Part shown: piece after piece, positions 13,826 to 27,084 of the stretch
How positions within the stretch are numbered: position 1 is the first letter of the stretch
Layout of the letters: each line of letters starts with the position of its first letter
NCBI GenBank assembly: GCA_030264375.1
Contig: JASCQW010000001.1
Span: forward strand, 99,942,222 to 100,006,221
DNA: 64,000 nt
From: Carcharhinus longimanus
Lineage: Eukaryota
Direction: 5' to 3'
The notes under the pieces: model-generated
Told to the model about the DNA's origin: nothing
The model's database searches: none
What the model saw: the letters and a program-made list of their open reading frames with translations, nothing else
Program-made: the position numbers and the translations under genes

Positions 13826-14684
13826 CCCTAAAACGTCAAGCCATGCTCTGTGTTCCTGCTAATATACATTGCACTATGTTTCCCAGTCTCAGTCCGAGCA
13901 CCACGTGTTCTCTGAACTCGGGAGCGCAAACAGTGCAAGTTTTCTGCAGTTATCCTGTACAATGACTGGATTAAATTGCACAATGTAGACATGGTGAATT
14001 ACTCTGCAGCAGACAGGCTCAATTTACACAATCCAGCTGACAACTTGTTGGGTTTGTTTTATCCTCAGAAGGGATCAATCAAACCTAGTCCAACATGATT
14101 GTGTTGAAAATAGAGGCTGCATGTGCTCTGTTGTCTTAAAAGATGTAAGCATCTATATCATTAGCAAGATAAAAATAAACTGTTCTTCTACCAAAGAGAA
14201 ACCTTGTACACAATTGTTTGATAGACACCACAAGAATGCAACTGCTGCCAACACATTAACAATAATCAGCCTGTATTAGGAATAAGTATCATTCCAGAAC
14301 CCAGTGTTGGCTCTGTAACACGCAAAAGTAGATGTCTAATGCTTGATGTAGATTTACAACTGTTCAGGATGAATGTTGGGCCCTCCTAATGATTGCTGGC
14401 ATGAGGAATTTGAGGAGACGTAACCATGCAGAAATAAGTACATAAGAAGCTGAAGAACAGGAAAAGATTTCTCAAGTAGCATAGCAACAATTTATTGTGC
14501 AGGAGACAAAATTCAGATTTCGCCAGGAAGCTCAGTACAGATGTTTTGAACTATTCACTGTTTCTGTAATCATTCATCAACTTGGGGGTAATTTTAACCT
14601 GAACTGTCCAATGGGAAGCTGATGGGATTAAGCTGGTTGTCCCTTTGCACCTCACCCAATTGTACAATTTTTAACATTAATCCC

Positions 14685-14820
14685 TAACTCCCTGATGGCT
14701 CATTGGGTAAATGCACCGACTGTTGTGGTATTGAGCTTTACCAGGTGTCAGTTCAAGCCCTTATTTTTGCCTGAGATAATGGTTTTCACTGACAGTCACA
14801 GTGGACATGTGGTTTACAAT
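14685..14820 (+). mobile_element. LF-SINE-like head fragment
   Basis: CTCCCTGATGGCTCATTGGGTAAATGCACC..GTGGTATTGAGC..ACCAGG..GTTCAAGCCC (tRNA-like A and B boxes). Confidence 0.45.
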
Positions 14821-16198
14821 ACACTTACTTATCTTAGGACTTTCTTCAAATGGCTATTGTTTTGTAAAAATGAATCACCTTCTTTAATATATCCATGGAT
14901 CATGTATGCTTTGCCTTCGATGCTGTGTCCTTGATGCTGTGAAACAAAAATGCAAGGTACCATTAGCTTATATTGTGCACTTTGATTGCCAACTGGCACA
15001 AATATCTGATGGGGTCATATGTCTAAAACTCCTGTTTGAAGGTTGTGTGTAAATTATGGCATAGTACATTGGGCTCTGAGCGGTTTCTGGATCCAAATTC
15101 ATTATTCATAATTGGAACATTAGTAGGCATTAGCAGACGGCAGGCAATTCCTCACAGTAACTAAGAAAGAAATAAAAGGTACTGGCAACCTGGGCTGATC
15201 TTACTCATAATGGCCTGTGTGAAGTATAATTGACAGAAGCCTGGGAGCAAAGTTAAAGTAGGCTGTCCCTTAAAAATTGACTTTTCAAATGTTGATGCAG
15301 TACATGGAATACGCGCGACTGTACACTTGACTATCTACAAACACATTTAATCAACACCAAAGTTAGAATATAGGGCTGGTTAAGGAGTGATCCCTTCAGT
15401 CATGAACAATCTTAATGGTTTGCAGCTGGAGATTTGAAAATGCTATCAGCTTCACTTCCTTGTGATTTGTTTTCAGATAATATACACCACATCCTATATA
15501 TAGCATTGAAATCAATAATTAATACAAGATTTGCCCTAAGATTTAAAATGGGAAAGAAAGGCACAAAGGGGAATACCTACGATTCTCTTTCTGCATATTT
15601 AATTGAGGCATTACTTATTATTTTTAGAGGACAATCCTGCTGTGCACATCTGTTTGATCTTAACAAAAAGAAGAAACATCTGCACAAACAGGTTTAGTGT
15701 CCATAGGTGATAGTTTTCTCATCCCAAAGGTCAACCCATGGATTGCACTATATGGAGCAGCCAGAAGTATTTGGCACAATTATATATTTTGTCAACTGTC
15801 TAAACCTTACTTTGATCAAGTAGAACTGATGTAGATCTGTAGATGATGTAGAACTGCATGGAATCAAAGGTCTGAATTGAATGATCCCATCATTTGCTCT
15901 GAACTAACATCTAATGTTTAAGCACAGATTTAAAGATTTTTTTAGCCAAGAGATGCTCCAGATGTACTTACAGTCTGGCACACATCAATTGGAGACTCTT
16001 TTGATGTAAATAGGTCTTCAATAACTTCTGTTTTGAAATTAAGATGTACTTTTACTCTTCACTATTTTACTTCATGTCCTCACTGTACACTTTCCATGAT
16101 TCCTCTATGATTCTTCCTCCTTGCAAACACTTGTACATTTTCTGTCATGTACAAACTGTATACTTTCCCTCTTGTTCAGCAGTGATCAGCACAACAAA

Positions 16199-16685
16199 AG
16201 CTGAATTTTCTTAAGTCTGCGGAGGTAGGTTGGGAGATGATAGGACTGGGAGCAAAGTTTTAAAATAGCCCGTCAGGTTGCCAAGCTGATACTTTCCCAT
16301 CTCCTAGTGATTTTTCCACCTGAGACCAGAGACAGGAATTGAATTGGAGGCAACCTACCAGCAGCAATGCCTCCAATTCATCACCCCAGCACACACCTCC
16401 TGGGATGCAAGAATGATGGCCACAGCCCCAGCCTCCATTTGAGACCTCCTCACAGTCTACTGCCTGCCTCAGCAGCGATCACCTCTCTTGTTGGGGGTTT
16501 TGACCATGCATCACTGCAGCCCTCTGTTTACTTGACCTTAAATGGAAGTGGCACACCAAAGCAACTTCTTAATTGTCCACCTGCGGGAAAAGTGAAGTGG
16601 CATCTTGACACAGTCACTCCTGGGTTCCTATATGAACATACGGATCATTACCCAGTGAGGAAAAGTCAGTTCCAAATTATCCATA
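16199..16685. mobile_element. Decayed non-autonomous DNA transposon (Harbinger-type)
   Basis: GC-rich island starting GCTGAATTTT in an AT-rich context; CTTAATTG-type motif shared with 39796-40572 and 49720-50210. Confidence 0.35.
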
Positions 16686-17966
16686 GTTAGTCTCCAACTA
16701 TCAACAGATACTCCACAACCTAAGGCATAGAATGAGAAAAGGCTGCTTTAATCTGTTTAGCCAATTCATTCCACAAGCTATGCAATATTATTTACTCATC
16801 CCATTCTCTTTCCATCCACTATATCAATTGACGCTAACACATAATTCAAACCTTAATATTTGTTTCCCACGGATGATATTTCTCAGCTCATAGCTACACA
16901 GGAACCATCCTGCAGTGTCTCTGTCTATGATTCCCTCCAAACCTTTGAACTATTCTTAACTAGATATTTGTTCAGCTTTGCTTTAAATGAGTTAGTGCAG
17001 TATTAACAGCTTTTGGTGGTCTAGTGGCCCAGCTAAGAAGTGAGAGAATGCGCTTGAAGAAGGTCAGTAAATGTAAATGACAGATGACATTGCCCAATCT
17101 TTCCTGATTAGGAGGCATGTGGAGAACTGTTTGATTCGATGGGATACCCAACCATAACCTCTTCATTTACTTTCTTTGAAATGCTTACATAGATGGATCA
17201 GTCTAGAAACATTGTCACCAATCAGCCTGTATTTATTAATTTACTGTCTATTAACTGTCTATTTACATTAAATAAATTTACTGAAAATTTTGGTGATCCT
17301 TTGTAAAGTAGTATAGTGAAATCATAGTTCATCTAATAGTTACTCGGTCTGTTGAGGTCAAAGGAAAAATGTAACTAACAATTCTGGTGGTGAGTTGCAG
17401 ATTTGGGAAGGGGGTGTCAGTTAATCACATAAAATATGTGCATGTCACAAGTTTAAAATTACTAAAATAGAAATTACAGTGTATAATTTTTGCCATTATG
17501 GCAATAAAAAGGAAAATAACCTTGGGGTGATTAAGTGCTACCGTACACACTGAATCTTCTGTTACTCTACCCCTTGGACGGGCTATGATATTTTCCAGTA
17601 ATCTATTATGTTTACATTTCCACTAGTTTAACCTTTCCAGTAATTAGTTGCTCTTGGAGTGTGTCAAAATTGTGCTGTGCCAATTATGAAAAATGTTTCA
17701 ATATGTTCCTTTAAGGAGGAATTTTTTCTGCTACAGCCATTATGAAGTTCATGCCCAATTAAACTCAAAGAGACTGCTTAGTGCATATGTTGTGGGTATT
17801 TTCCTGAGGGACCTTTTCCTTTCACAATGATGCTGATTGACATTCAATTCAGAATGCAAGTATCAGATGTCTTATACTTTTAGCTCATGTACATGTTGGG
17901 TGCAATTGGAAGCAAGCTGAAGTCTTTCTTCTCCCTCCCACCTTTCAAGGAAGGGCTTCTTTTTTA

Positions 17967-18270
17967 AAAGTTAAAGTAAAATTTTATTAATCACAAATAG
18001 GCTTACATTAACACTGCAATGAAGTTACTGTGAAAATCCCTAGGTCGCCACACTCCAGCGCCTGTTCGGGTACACTGAGGGAGAATTTAGCATGGCCAAT
18101 GCGTCTAATCAGCACGTCTTTCAGACTGTGGGAGGAAACCTGAGCACCCAGAAGAAACCCACACAGACATGGGGAGAACATGCAGACTCCGCACAGACAG
18201 TGATCCAAGCTAGGAATCAAACCTGGGCCCCTGGCACTGTGAGGCAGCAATGCTAACCACTGTGCCGCCC
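17967..18270 (-). mobile_element. HE1-like V-SINE, tail type A, near full length
   Basis: GGGCGGCACAGTGGTTAGC head, V-domain, tail GGATTTTCACAGTAACTTCATTGCAGTGTTAATGTAAGCC..AATAAAA. Confidence 0.92.
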
Positions 18271-19489
18271 CAAGGTTATTTTTCTTTTTATTACCATAAT
18301 TACTTACAACTTTTATTTTTCATCATGGAGGCGATAACAGAAAACATTATTTTGATGTCTAATTGTTTTGGTACTGGAGTTGGTTGCGAGAGTAAATTTA
18401 TTTTGATTTCCTTTGCCTTTTAAATCATAGGTGGAACGGTATAAGCAAGCTGTTGCATTTGATTCATGAGCTCTCCTTGTGCTACCTTGTACTTTATGCA
18501 AGAACAAGACCATTCTTTGATAGAAAGGGAACAACCTCTATGAAACATGCTCTGTTTCCTAGCAGATCAAGAATCCATGGGTATAAATTGAACCTTGTCA
18601 CAGTCCATTTCTGGGCAAAAAATAGGAGGAAAAGGATCAATTTTGTGGGGCAATCTCCCACACACCAAAGAGTCCTGAAATATACCTGATGATTTTTCAG
18701 ATGTCCCTGCAGATAGCTAAAATAAGTTTACTTGTAGATGTTAAAGATGAGCTTACTGCTTCTTTCCCAACCTGCTGCATGTTTCACAGTGGTGAGGGGC
18801 TGTGGGATCTTCTGATCCTGCCATTGTCAATGAGATATCCCATTGAATGCATCCCTCACTGACCGGAGACCTGCAGCGAAGGTGCGTCCAGGATCCTGTT
18901 GGCGTGAAAGTTCCAGACTTAAAATTGATCCAAGCAAAGGCTGTGTTTGCTCCCCTGTTTAGATTTTCCTTCCACAATGCCAGCCAAAGATGTGGTCATC
19001 AACAGAAAATTTAAAAATTAATCTTTTGCATGGCGCCCAGCTTCCCCCCCATCCCCTCACCTCCCCAACGTCCCCCCAGGGCCATTTCTCACCACGGTTT
19101 CCCAGCTCTCCCATTCTCTTTCCAACCACCAGGGCTTACCTGAGAGCTGCTGTCACCAAGGCAAACAACCCATTTTGGCTGCTGGAAAAGCAGCGAGGTG
19201 CCAGCTGCATGCCACAATTATTAAAGTGAGGCTCACTCACTTCTGGAAAAACCTCGGCTTTCCCTGTTCAGGGGTGCATTAGTTATGTGCCCAAAATTGG
19301 GCCACAACTAATTTTATTCCTGGCCATATTAACAACATATGAATGGATTGTTGTATAAAAAGAAAATGGTTGCCGATTATTAACAAGTAATTGGCTCTTT
19401 AATGAAGTTGAACAATTTATAACCTGACTTTTTAAATTTAAGATGATATTGTCATCAATCGTAATCAAAATAACAAAAGTGACCCCTTC

Positions 19490-19735
19490 TAAAGTCTGAG
19501 GTCACGTTCTAACCAACTTAAGGACAACTTCCTCCCTGCTGCCACCAGACTTTTGAATGGACCTACCTCGCACTAAGTTGATCTTCCTCTACACTCTAGC
19601 TATGACTGTAACACTACATTCTGTAGTCTGTCTTTTCCTTCTCTATGAACGTTATGCTTTATCTTTATGCCACGCAAGAAACAATACTTTTCACAGTATA
19701 CTAATACATGTGGCAATAAATCAAATCAAATCAAA
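19490..19735 (+). mobile_element. Rex1/Babar LINE 3' end
   Basis: Encodes SLRSRSNQLKDNFLPAATRLLN (Rex1-type C-terminus RLKNSFFP.AIRLLN); ends AATAAATCAAATCAAATCAAA. Confidence 0.8.
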
Positions 19736-21110
19736 CCTCCAAATTATAATTAAGACAAAAGCAAAATTTATGAGGTCAGAATAATATTGCCTGTGTCAAT
19801 GATACACTTCAGTCCCTCCGATGCCTACCAGTTGCTGGAATGCTCAAGTATAATGACAGACGCGTGTTCCCTCTAAAGATATACTTGGACAAGGCCATTT
19901 CCGTGGAAGAAGGCAGGCAGTTAGACTGGCTCCTGATATCAGTCATGATCAGGCTATCCTGTGGGTAGCCAGCTTGGCCAAGCTGGCAGAAGCTCGATCA
20001 TGAGAATTCCTCCGTCTTGCCTGCCACTAATCCCCACCTTGCACAGTGTGGCTAAAGATCATGAGGTTTGGATTGGACTGCAGGTGGAATATGAAGAGCA
20101 GCCCCTCCAAGTAGAAGATGAGCAGCTGCTACCTCACACAGAAACATATGTGAAAAACTGGCTTATCCAGGCAGCAAGAATTGAAAGCAGCCTGGGATTG
20201 GCTTGGAAACCTGATAGATAGATAACTGTTCTGTGCAACAGCTTCCACTCCAGATCTCTCTAATGGAAGAGGGGAGAACATGAAGATAGAGAGTTTTCCA
20301 CTCAGGATCAGCATTTCTGCATTTTGAATGTGTACAAATAAACTAACCATTTGCGTTCATCCCATCTTGAGTTTGTAGCAGGGTTATGAATATAAATTGG
20401 ATCTCACCAAAACCGAGGGGTTGGAAGTATGCTACCATGTGAGGGGGAGAAAAAAGGGAAGCAAATCAGAATGTCTTTGTTTACCAATGAGTTAGTGAAA
20501 AGAAAAATTGGTGATAAATTAATCCCCCCCCCACCCCGCAACCTGCAACAGGTGTCAACTCAAATGGGATAGACTGGACTTCAAATGTTGTCTTATCCAA
20601 ATCTGACGGAAGTAGAACGTTCTGGAGCTTTCCAGGCACATTAAAGTAGCAGTAAAGCCTGGGAAAAGAATTTCTTCACTATATAATTAATGAACTGCAG
20701 TTACAGTCAATTCCTTTTTCAAAGAGAATTAATCTTTTACAAAGTCCGGAATCATTATTTAACCAGCAAAGAAATATTTCCTTCTTGTACAAGTCATTGG
20801 CTAAGGGTTTTCAACTTGCTTGAAAATACACTGAACATTTAAATTATCCCAAAACATGACATCATGTCATTTGGGGTCACTGAGAATAGATCTTGACTTT
20901 GTGTGAAAATAGAAAATGGACTACATTGAATAGGTCACTATTTCACCTCTGCCTTCATTTTATTTCTTCTAAAGTCAGTGGAAGTAAAATTCAGGAGGCT
21001 TGTAAAGTCAGCTGCCGATTAACAACAAACAAATTTGGGCTTCTGTGAAAAGAAGATTGTGTGACAAGGTGGAAAGTCTAATGTTGATCCAGCAGAAGGA
21101 ATTTTTCAGT

Positions 21111-21372
21111 TGTAGGTGATAAAATGAAACACAACTTACTCCAACTTGTAAATCAAAGAAAAAGGTTTACTAAAGAAATATCATTACTCCAACATCTGAG
21201 ATCTCACCCTGGGCAATTCTGAGCTCCCACAAACCCCCGCAGCTTCTTATTTATACTGAGTCAGCTGGTCAGCTGACCACCACATCATTTTTACTGGGTC
21301 AGCTGACCCTTACAGCATGTTACCATTGGTCAATCTAACAGATCCAATGCTATCATTGGTTACATTTTAACA
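21111..21372 (-). mobile_element. Probable solo LTR
   Basis: Minus strand reads TGTTAAAATG...CACCTACA (TG..CA), with CCAAT boxes, then TATAAATA, then an AGTAAA poly(A)-like signal in that order; no clear TSD. Confidence 0.45.
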
Positions 21373-22759
21373 TCTGAGAAGCAAACAGTTCAGTTCTGAG
21401 GTCATGGGAAAAATCTCAATTTGAAGACAATGAGGAGTTACTGAATAAAAAAAAGCAGTTTGATATGGAAGGAACTTGCAAGCAATAAGAATAAAAATAA
21501 ATCATGTTTGGAGCCATTAGGTTTTTTAAGGAGACCACTACTTCTGAATGACCTGAGTTACTTTCCCGTGGATCTCTGCATCTTATACAAGGATTTATGG
21601 CTTAAATCTTCAGTCCTCAAGTAGCTAAGTTTGTTAATTAACTGCCATGTGTGGGATGAACCAAATTATCAAAGGAAAGGATTGTTGAAGGTCAGTTTCT
21701 AGATAAGCAATCTCAGTAAAGCCTCAATGTTACTGAGATAATAAAGGGAAAAGAACTAGGATTCTTCTTCCCAATCACAATGAAGAGCCCATTAGATGAT
21801 ATATTTGCATGAATGTTGGGAAAGGATAGGATGCTTCAGTGTCCCCTTGTCCAAATGACCTTGCAACATTCACACATTTTGGCCAGTTAAGGTGATTGGA
21901 ACATATGGAAGCCAGTCTAGCATCAGCAAAAGGAGCATGTAAATATAATTATAGAAATATTTTCCATTGTTGACCCTTTGCTCACCTATTTTCAAGTGAA
22001 TCAGCAGTAACGTGTTTGCTGTTCAGTCCCAAGGAAACGAAACCTTCTTCAGCCTCATCACGGGTATCTTTCTGCGCTGTTTGCATCCACAGCAGGTGAT
22101 GAGAGAACTCGTCACACTACACATGTTTCGAGGCAACCCAATACTCCTTCAGGCTGCCACACATTTATTTGTCCTCATAGTATTTTACATTGTTCTCATG
22201 TACAGTAGGCAATTTCAGGAAGAATATTAATTTAAAGTGTGTCCAAGTAAAGGCTGGTACCTGGGCTGCTATCATTTCCTTTCATTTATCCACGCTGTGA
22301 TTGTCACTTTCACGGGTCACTAATTGGGCGATGGATATGTTAACATTTAACAGCTTGTTGCTCTATTTTGACTTAAGGCCATGTAACACTTTGGCTGAAC
22401 TGGTCTATGTTTTTAATAGAAAGGTCAGCTCAAGAGAAGCATTAAATAGTATTATCATGGTCACCCAACATTGCACTTACTGTCAGACAGTACTTTTTTG
22501 GCAATTGTTTTGTACTTTACCCAGTTGGTCCTCCATTTACAAGTCTAAATGGCACAGGTCCAAGAAAATGTTTGTCACTTAATTGAAACATTACTGAAGG
22601 AGAGACAGCAACAAAACTGAACACGTGGTCTTCACCTTCCCATTCTAATGTGAAATTATCAAGGCAACTTCAGTTGTGAATTAAGTGTTGCATAAAAGTC
22701 CCACACACTAGAGAAAGATTTCAATTTATATAGTGCATGACGACATCTTTCAGCACTTC

Positions 22760-23012
22760 AGACAATGCTTCCCTGAGTTTGCACAATTATTGCTCCAACA
22801 TTAGTGGCCTTGCCTTCATTAGTGGCTCTAAACCTTGGAATTTTCTCCATAAACCTCACCTCTTTACCTTTCTTTTCTCCTTTAAAATCCTTAAAGTCAA
22901 GCTGTCCTATTTCCACATGTATCTCTGTGTTAAATTTTATTTTGTGTTTCTCCTGTGCAGCATTTTGGGACATTTTCCTTTGTTAAAGACACAATATAAA
23001 TGCAAGCTGCTG
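22760..23012 (+). mobile_element. L2 LINE 3' end
   Basis: TGGCCTTGCCTTCA..CTCTAAACCTTGGAATTTTCTCC..CTCCTGTGCAGCATTTTGGGACATTTT..ATATAAATGCAAG. Confidence 0.7.
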
Positions 23013-23045
23013 TACATGTTAAAGACAGCTGAGCCAAATTCAGGG

Positions 23046-23368
23046 AATCATTGAATCCTACAGTGCAGAAAGAGGCCATTCGACCCATTGAGTCTGCACC
23101 AACCTCTATCCCACCCAGGCCCTATCCACATAACCCCATGCATTTACCCTAGATAGACCCTCTGACACTAAAGGGCAATTTAGCATGGCCAATCAACCTG
23201 ACCAGCACATCTTTGGACTGTGGGAGGAAACCGGATCACCTGGAGAAAACCCATGCAGAAAGGAGAGAATTGCAAACTCCACATAGACAATGACCCGAGC
23301 CAGGATTCAAACCCAGGTCCCTGGAGCTGTGAAGCAGTGGTGCTAACCACTGTGCTTTCGTACCACCC
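23046..23368 (-). mobile_element. HE1 V-SINE, type B tail
   Basis: Head, V-domain and CR1-like tail AATGGCCTCTTTCTGCACTGTAGGATTC. Confidence 0.92.
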
Positions 23369-24799
23369 AAACTTGTGTTTGTGAAACCAAAGCTCTTATG
23401 AGAGCTTTTCTGGACTGCAGTGGAAACAATGTGCAGGCAGGCTGTTCAGCTGTACATCCGGGTGGATGAGATGCTCTTGGTACCCATTTTCATCATTGAG
23501 GTGCCCATGAGGACATTGCCACAGACACCACCAGCTTTATCCCAGGCAGCCTCAGTCATGTGGGCTTTTGATGTATCACATGTTTTCCCGTAGAGAGGCC
23601 AAAGTGACAGCATCAGGAGTGATCTCATCAACCTCAGCCCTATTTCCCCTGATTCCTTACATAGTTTACCTCCTGTCTTCACTGACCAGGAGCCAGAGAC
23701 ATCCAACTGCCCACACATGATTCCATGGACTATCACTGCTGTCAAAGCAGCAGAATGAATTATACATTCTGTTCATGCCATTCTACTGTCCTACCTCCAA
23801 TTAGTGGGCTGTCATATATGAGTCTCCATGAAGCTTGCTAATCTTTCATTGAACTCATACGTCCGAGACACTGTGGTACTCGTGACATAAATGGACTCAT
23901 TCATTCCCTCCCCAGGGTTCCACGTGGCATCAAGGATTTCTGATTGTCTAATATTCCCATCCACTTGCCCGCGTTGTAGATGACCCCCTAGGGTCAGTAT
24001 CTGTGATAGAGACTGTCCACAGCTATTGCTGTCTCTGCTCATGCCCACGTGGTGTGAAGCTCACCATGTGTTCCCTATTGTAAATATGTGTCACTTCTCT
24101 CTGCGGTGGATGTATTTGCACTGGTCAGGAATGAGTTTGTCTCCTGTGACACTATTTTCATGCATCTATTTTTCTGCAGTTGGCATGGCCTTTAACGTTG
24201 CTTGATGCTACTTTTCCAACATCAGCCCTGTGGAAGAGCTGATCTTCTACATAAGAACCTCCCATCGCTCAGTAACTGCTTCATCATCTAGCTGACCACC
24301 AATTGTGAGTCACTGCAAATGAATATACAAAATGAGGAAGCTGCTCCAAGGTGTTTTGCATGAACAGGGCAAGAAACTTTCACACTCTCTCTGCTGGACA
24401 CCTATCTCATCCTCAGCAACAGCCTATCCTGCTGCCACTTTGCCAATGTCAAGGGACTCCTCCTCCATCAGTGTCAATGCTGCTAGATGGGCCTATCCAT
24501 TCTGAACTCCCTCTGGTAGGGTTCTTCTCACAGGTGCCATGTGCTTGTTTTTCCAGTGAGATGTAGATAAAGTGTGTGATGACAGTATTTCTCATCACAA
24601 CATCAGGAGGCACATGCACATGTAGCAATCATGACAATTTACTGTCCATGGGTTAAACTCCACATCCTCCAAAAAGTCCATTCCTGTAAGGAGTGGATCT
24701 GGTCAGACAAGTGCTCAGTTTTCCTGGGCCAGGCCCTCCTGCTCAGAGATGAATCCTGCAAACAATGACTCTGTGGCTGCCAGCTGGTCATTACATCTT

Positions 24800-25010
24800 A
24801 CTTTGCCAGACCTTAGAAAGTCACTGAAGCACTTCCTGCACTGGATCCATCAACTGTGACTGCTGACCTCTCTTGCAACTTCCATCCCTACCTGTTTAGT
24901 CTGGATGGCAGGTCTGCTCCTGCTGTTGTCAGGATAAAAAATACTCCTGTGGGCTCTCACTACCTTTGCCTCAATCAGAACCTCCAGGAAGGCATTGCTG
25001 CATCACAGGA
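24800..25010 (-). pseudogene. Myb/SANT-like DNA-binding domain of a Harbinger second ORF (dead; part of a larger relic at ~23440-25290)
   Basis: Manual translation CSNAFLEVLIEAKVVRAHRSIFYPDNSRSRPAIQTKQVGMEVAREVSSHS*WIQCRKCFSDFLRSGK followed by GTAAG; resembles the MSANTD/Myb_DNA-bind_5 pattern FS...LE.L...V......LF......K..W..VA..V....RT..QCRKK..DL. Confidence 0.7.
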
Positions 25011-27084
25011 CTTCCATTGCATGACTTCCTGCTGTGTTGCTACTCCTTATTACTGCCCACTCCTCAATGATACAGCCTGCCTGCTGCCACATTGATGGTT
25101 GATGGGTGTTTCTTTAAATGGGACCTGTCACAGCTAGCACCTGCTTCCTGAATCCATCCCTAATCAGATGTCAATGGCGCAGAAGAACCATTGTTGGTCA
25201 TCTACTACAAATTGCTGACAGACATCACACAACGACTTTGACAGACTTGGAAATACTCCCAATGTCAGCTTCACAAAGCTGCTGTTAAAATCCAGCTCAT
25301 AGTTAATAGACCAAAAAGAGATGAAGGTAGCGAACATACAAAAGGCTGTTTAGAAGACTAATCAGATGGTGAACTTATTTCTGACACATTTGATTCAGAT
25401 GCCTGAGAAAATGAAGAAAGTAACAGGCTTTCTGCTCGGCATTGCAACAATAATGAAACAACTTCACCTCATTGATAACAGGAATGAATTGTGAACTATT
25501 TTCTTCCTAAGTAACCAATATTAACATGGGTTAGCGTTAACATCAGGTCCAGCTATAATTGTTTGAGCTTTCCCTTTCAAGTCATGCCTTGGAAACAATA
25601 TTCAAGCAACACTTCATCTCGTTAGTTAGAATTTAGAATATCATTCTCACTTTATTATCACTTGTCTAGTTTCTAATACAACTAGGGGGTTATTGAATGA
25701 TCGCCTAAAATAATTCACATTGCAAAATGCAAATTGTGTGCAAAGGGTTAATTCTAAATTGGTGTAGTTACCATTAGGTCAAATATATTATAGTGTGTTC
25801 TTATTTAAAAAGAAGTATTTACCTAAACAATTATAATTTAGAAACACAATTGGAAAGTGCATGTGTGTAAAGTAATATTCATTTTTATCTCACTCTATCT
25901 TTTAGGTGGTATTACATATCATTTCCCATTTGAGATTGAGGAACTTTGAAATGTGAAACTCTGTGTAGCATGTCATTTCCCACTGCTTGCTGTTTGCTTA
26001 TCTCAACTAATTACTTCAACTGGAGCAGTTTGTGTGGTTCTAATCATTATAGACCACCATTAGTTTCAATCTGTTGATACCAACCAGTCATCGAAGCAAT
26101 TAAATTATGAAACAAGTTTAATTTTTGTATGCAGTCGAATCACTTTATCCATTTTCTTGGAAAAAATGTATTAAGGCCAAAATGGTTGATTGACAAAGTG
26201 CACAGAACCTGAGTTTTAACACCGAAAAGTATCTATTACATGAGAACTTTCTTCTGGCGCCAAGAGGTATTTAGGTCGTTTGCTCAGCTATTCCACAGGG
26301 GAAAGCATACTGAAAGTTGTTGATACCTGAGCAACACAACCAGGGTTTCAGAAAGTAAATGAGCTTGAACAATTATTATAAGTCATTTCCTCCAAGGTTA
26401 TTGAATTTTGACTGTGTAGAAAAGCAGTGAATATTTTGACCAGAATTTTCCCCTTACAAAAGACAGCTTTCTTAAGCGAAAAGGTATAGAGAAACTTTGA
26501 AACAATAACACCAATAAGTCAAAAGGGAAATATCTGTGTAACTAATAACACTGAGAAAATATTTTTCAATGCTGGCACATGTTATTTTGAACACTGATAA
26601 CTAATAAGATGGCTTCCATAAATTACTTTTCTCTCACCTTTATGCAGAGATGCTGCAATGTTTTGATTCTTGTGGCTTTAACAGTGCTGGACAGATGTTG
26701 CAACTAAGTTCTGAAATAGAAAATTCATTCTTGACTATTCGACCACACACCCTGCTTCCCCAAAGAGGGGCTATTAGGGTTTATTTTCCAAGTTACAAAG
26801 TTGTCAAAGGCTACCTATAATTATAGAAAATTGATTCATTTGTAAAGAAAGCTGCACTATTATTAAACTATTAAAGTTATCCATTAGGACAGAATTTCAG
26901 GTTGCTAAGTCAGATTCCTCAAAATCAAAAATGCCTGCAGTATTAAATTGCTCAATTACACTTCACACATTGTGCGGTTGTAGAACAATTTCAGCTTTGA
27001 ATGAATGCAAACTGTGCAATGTACAGCAAGTCTGGAGTTGCAGAGAGGGTTTAGGAAAGAAATGCACGGCCACCATCTTCACAA

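Noticed and set aside
26638-26710. Peptide CNICPALLKPQESKHCS resembling a DHHC zinc finger
   Set aside because: Immediate stop, no following C..C/DHHC; probably chance
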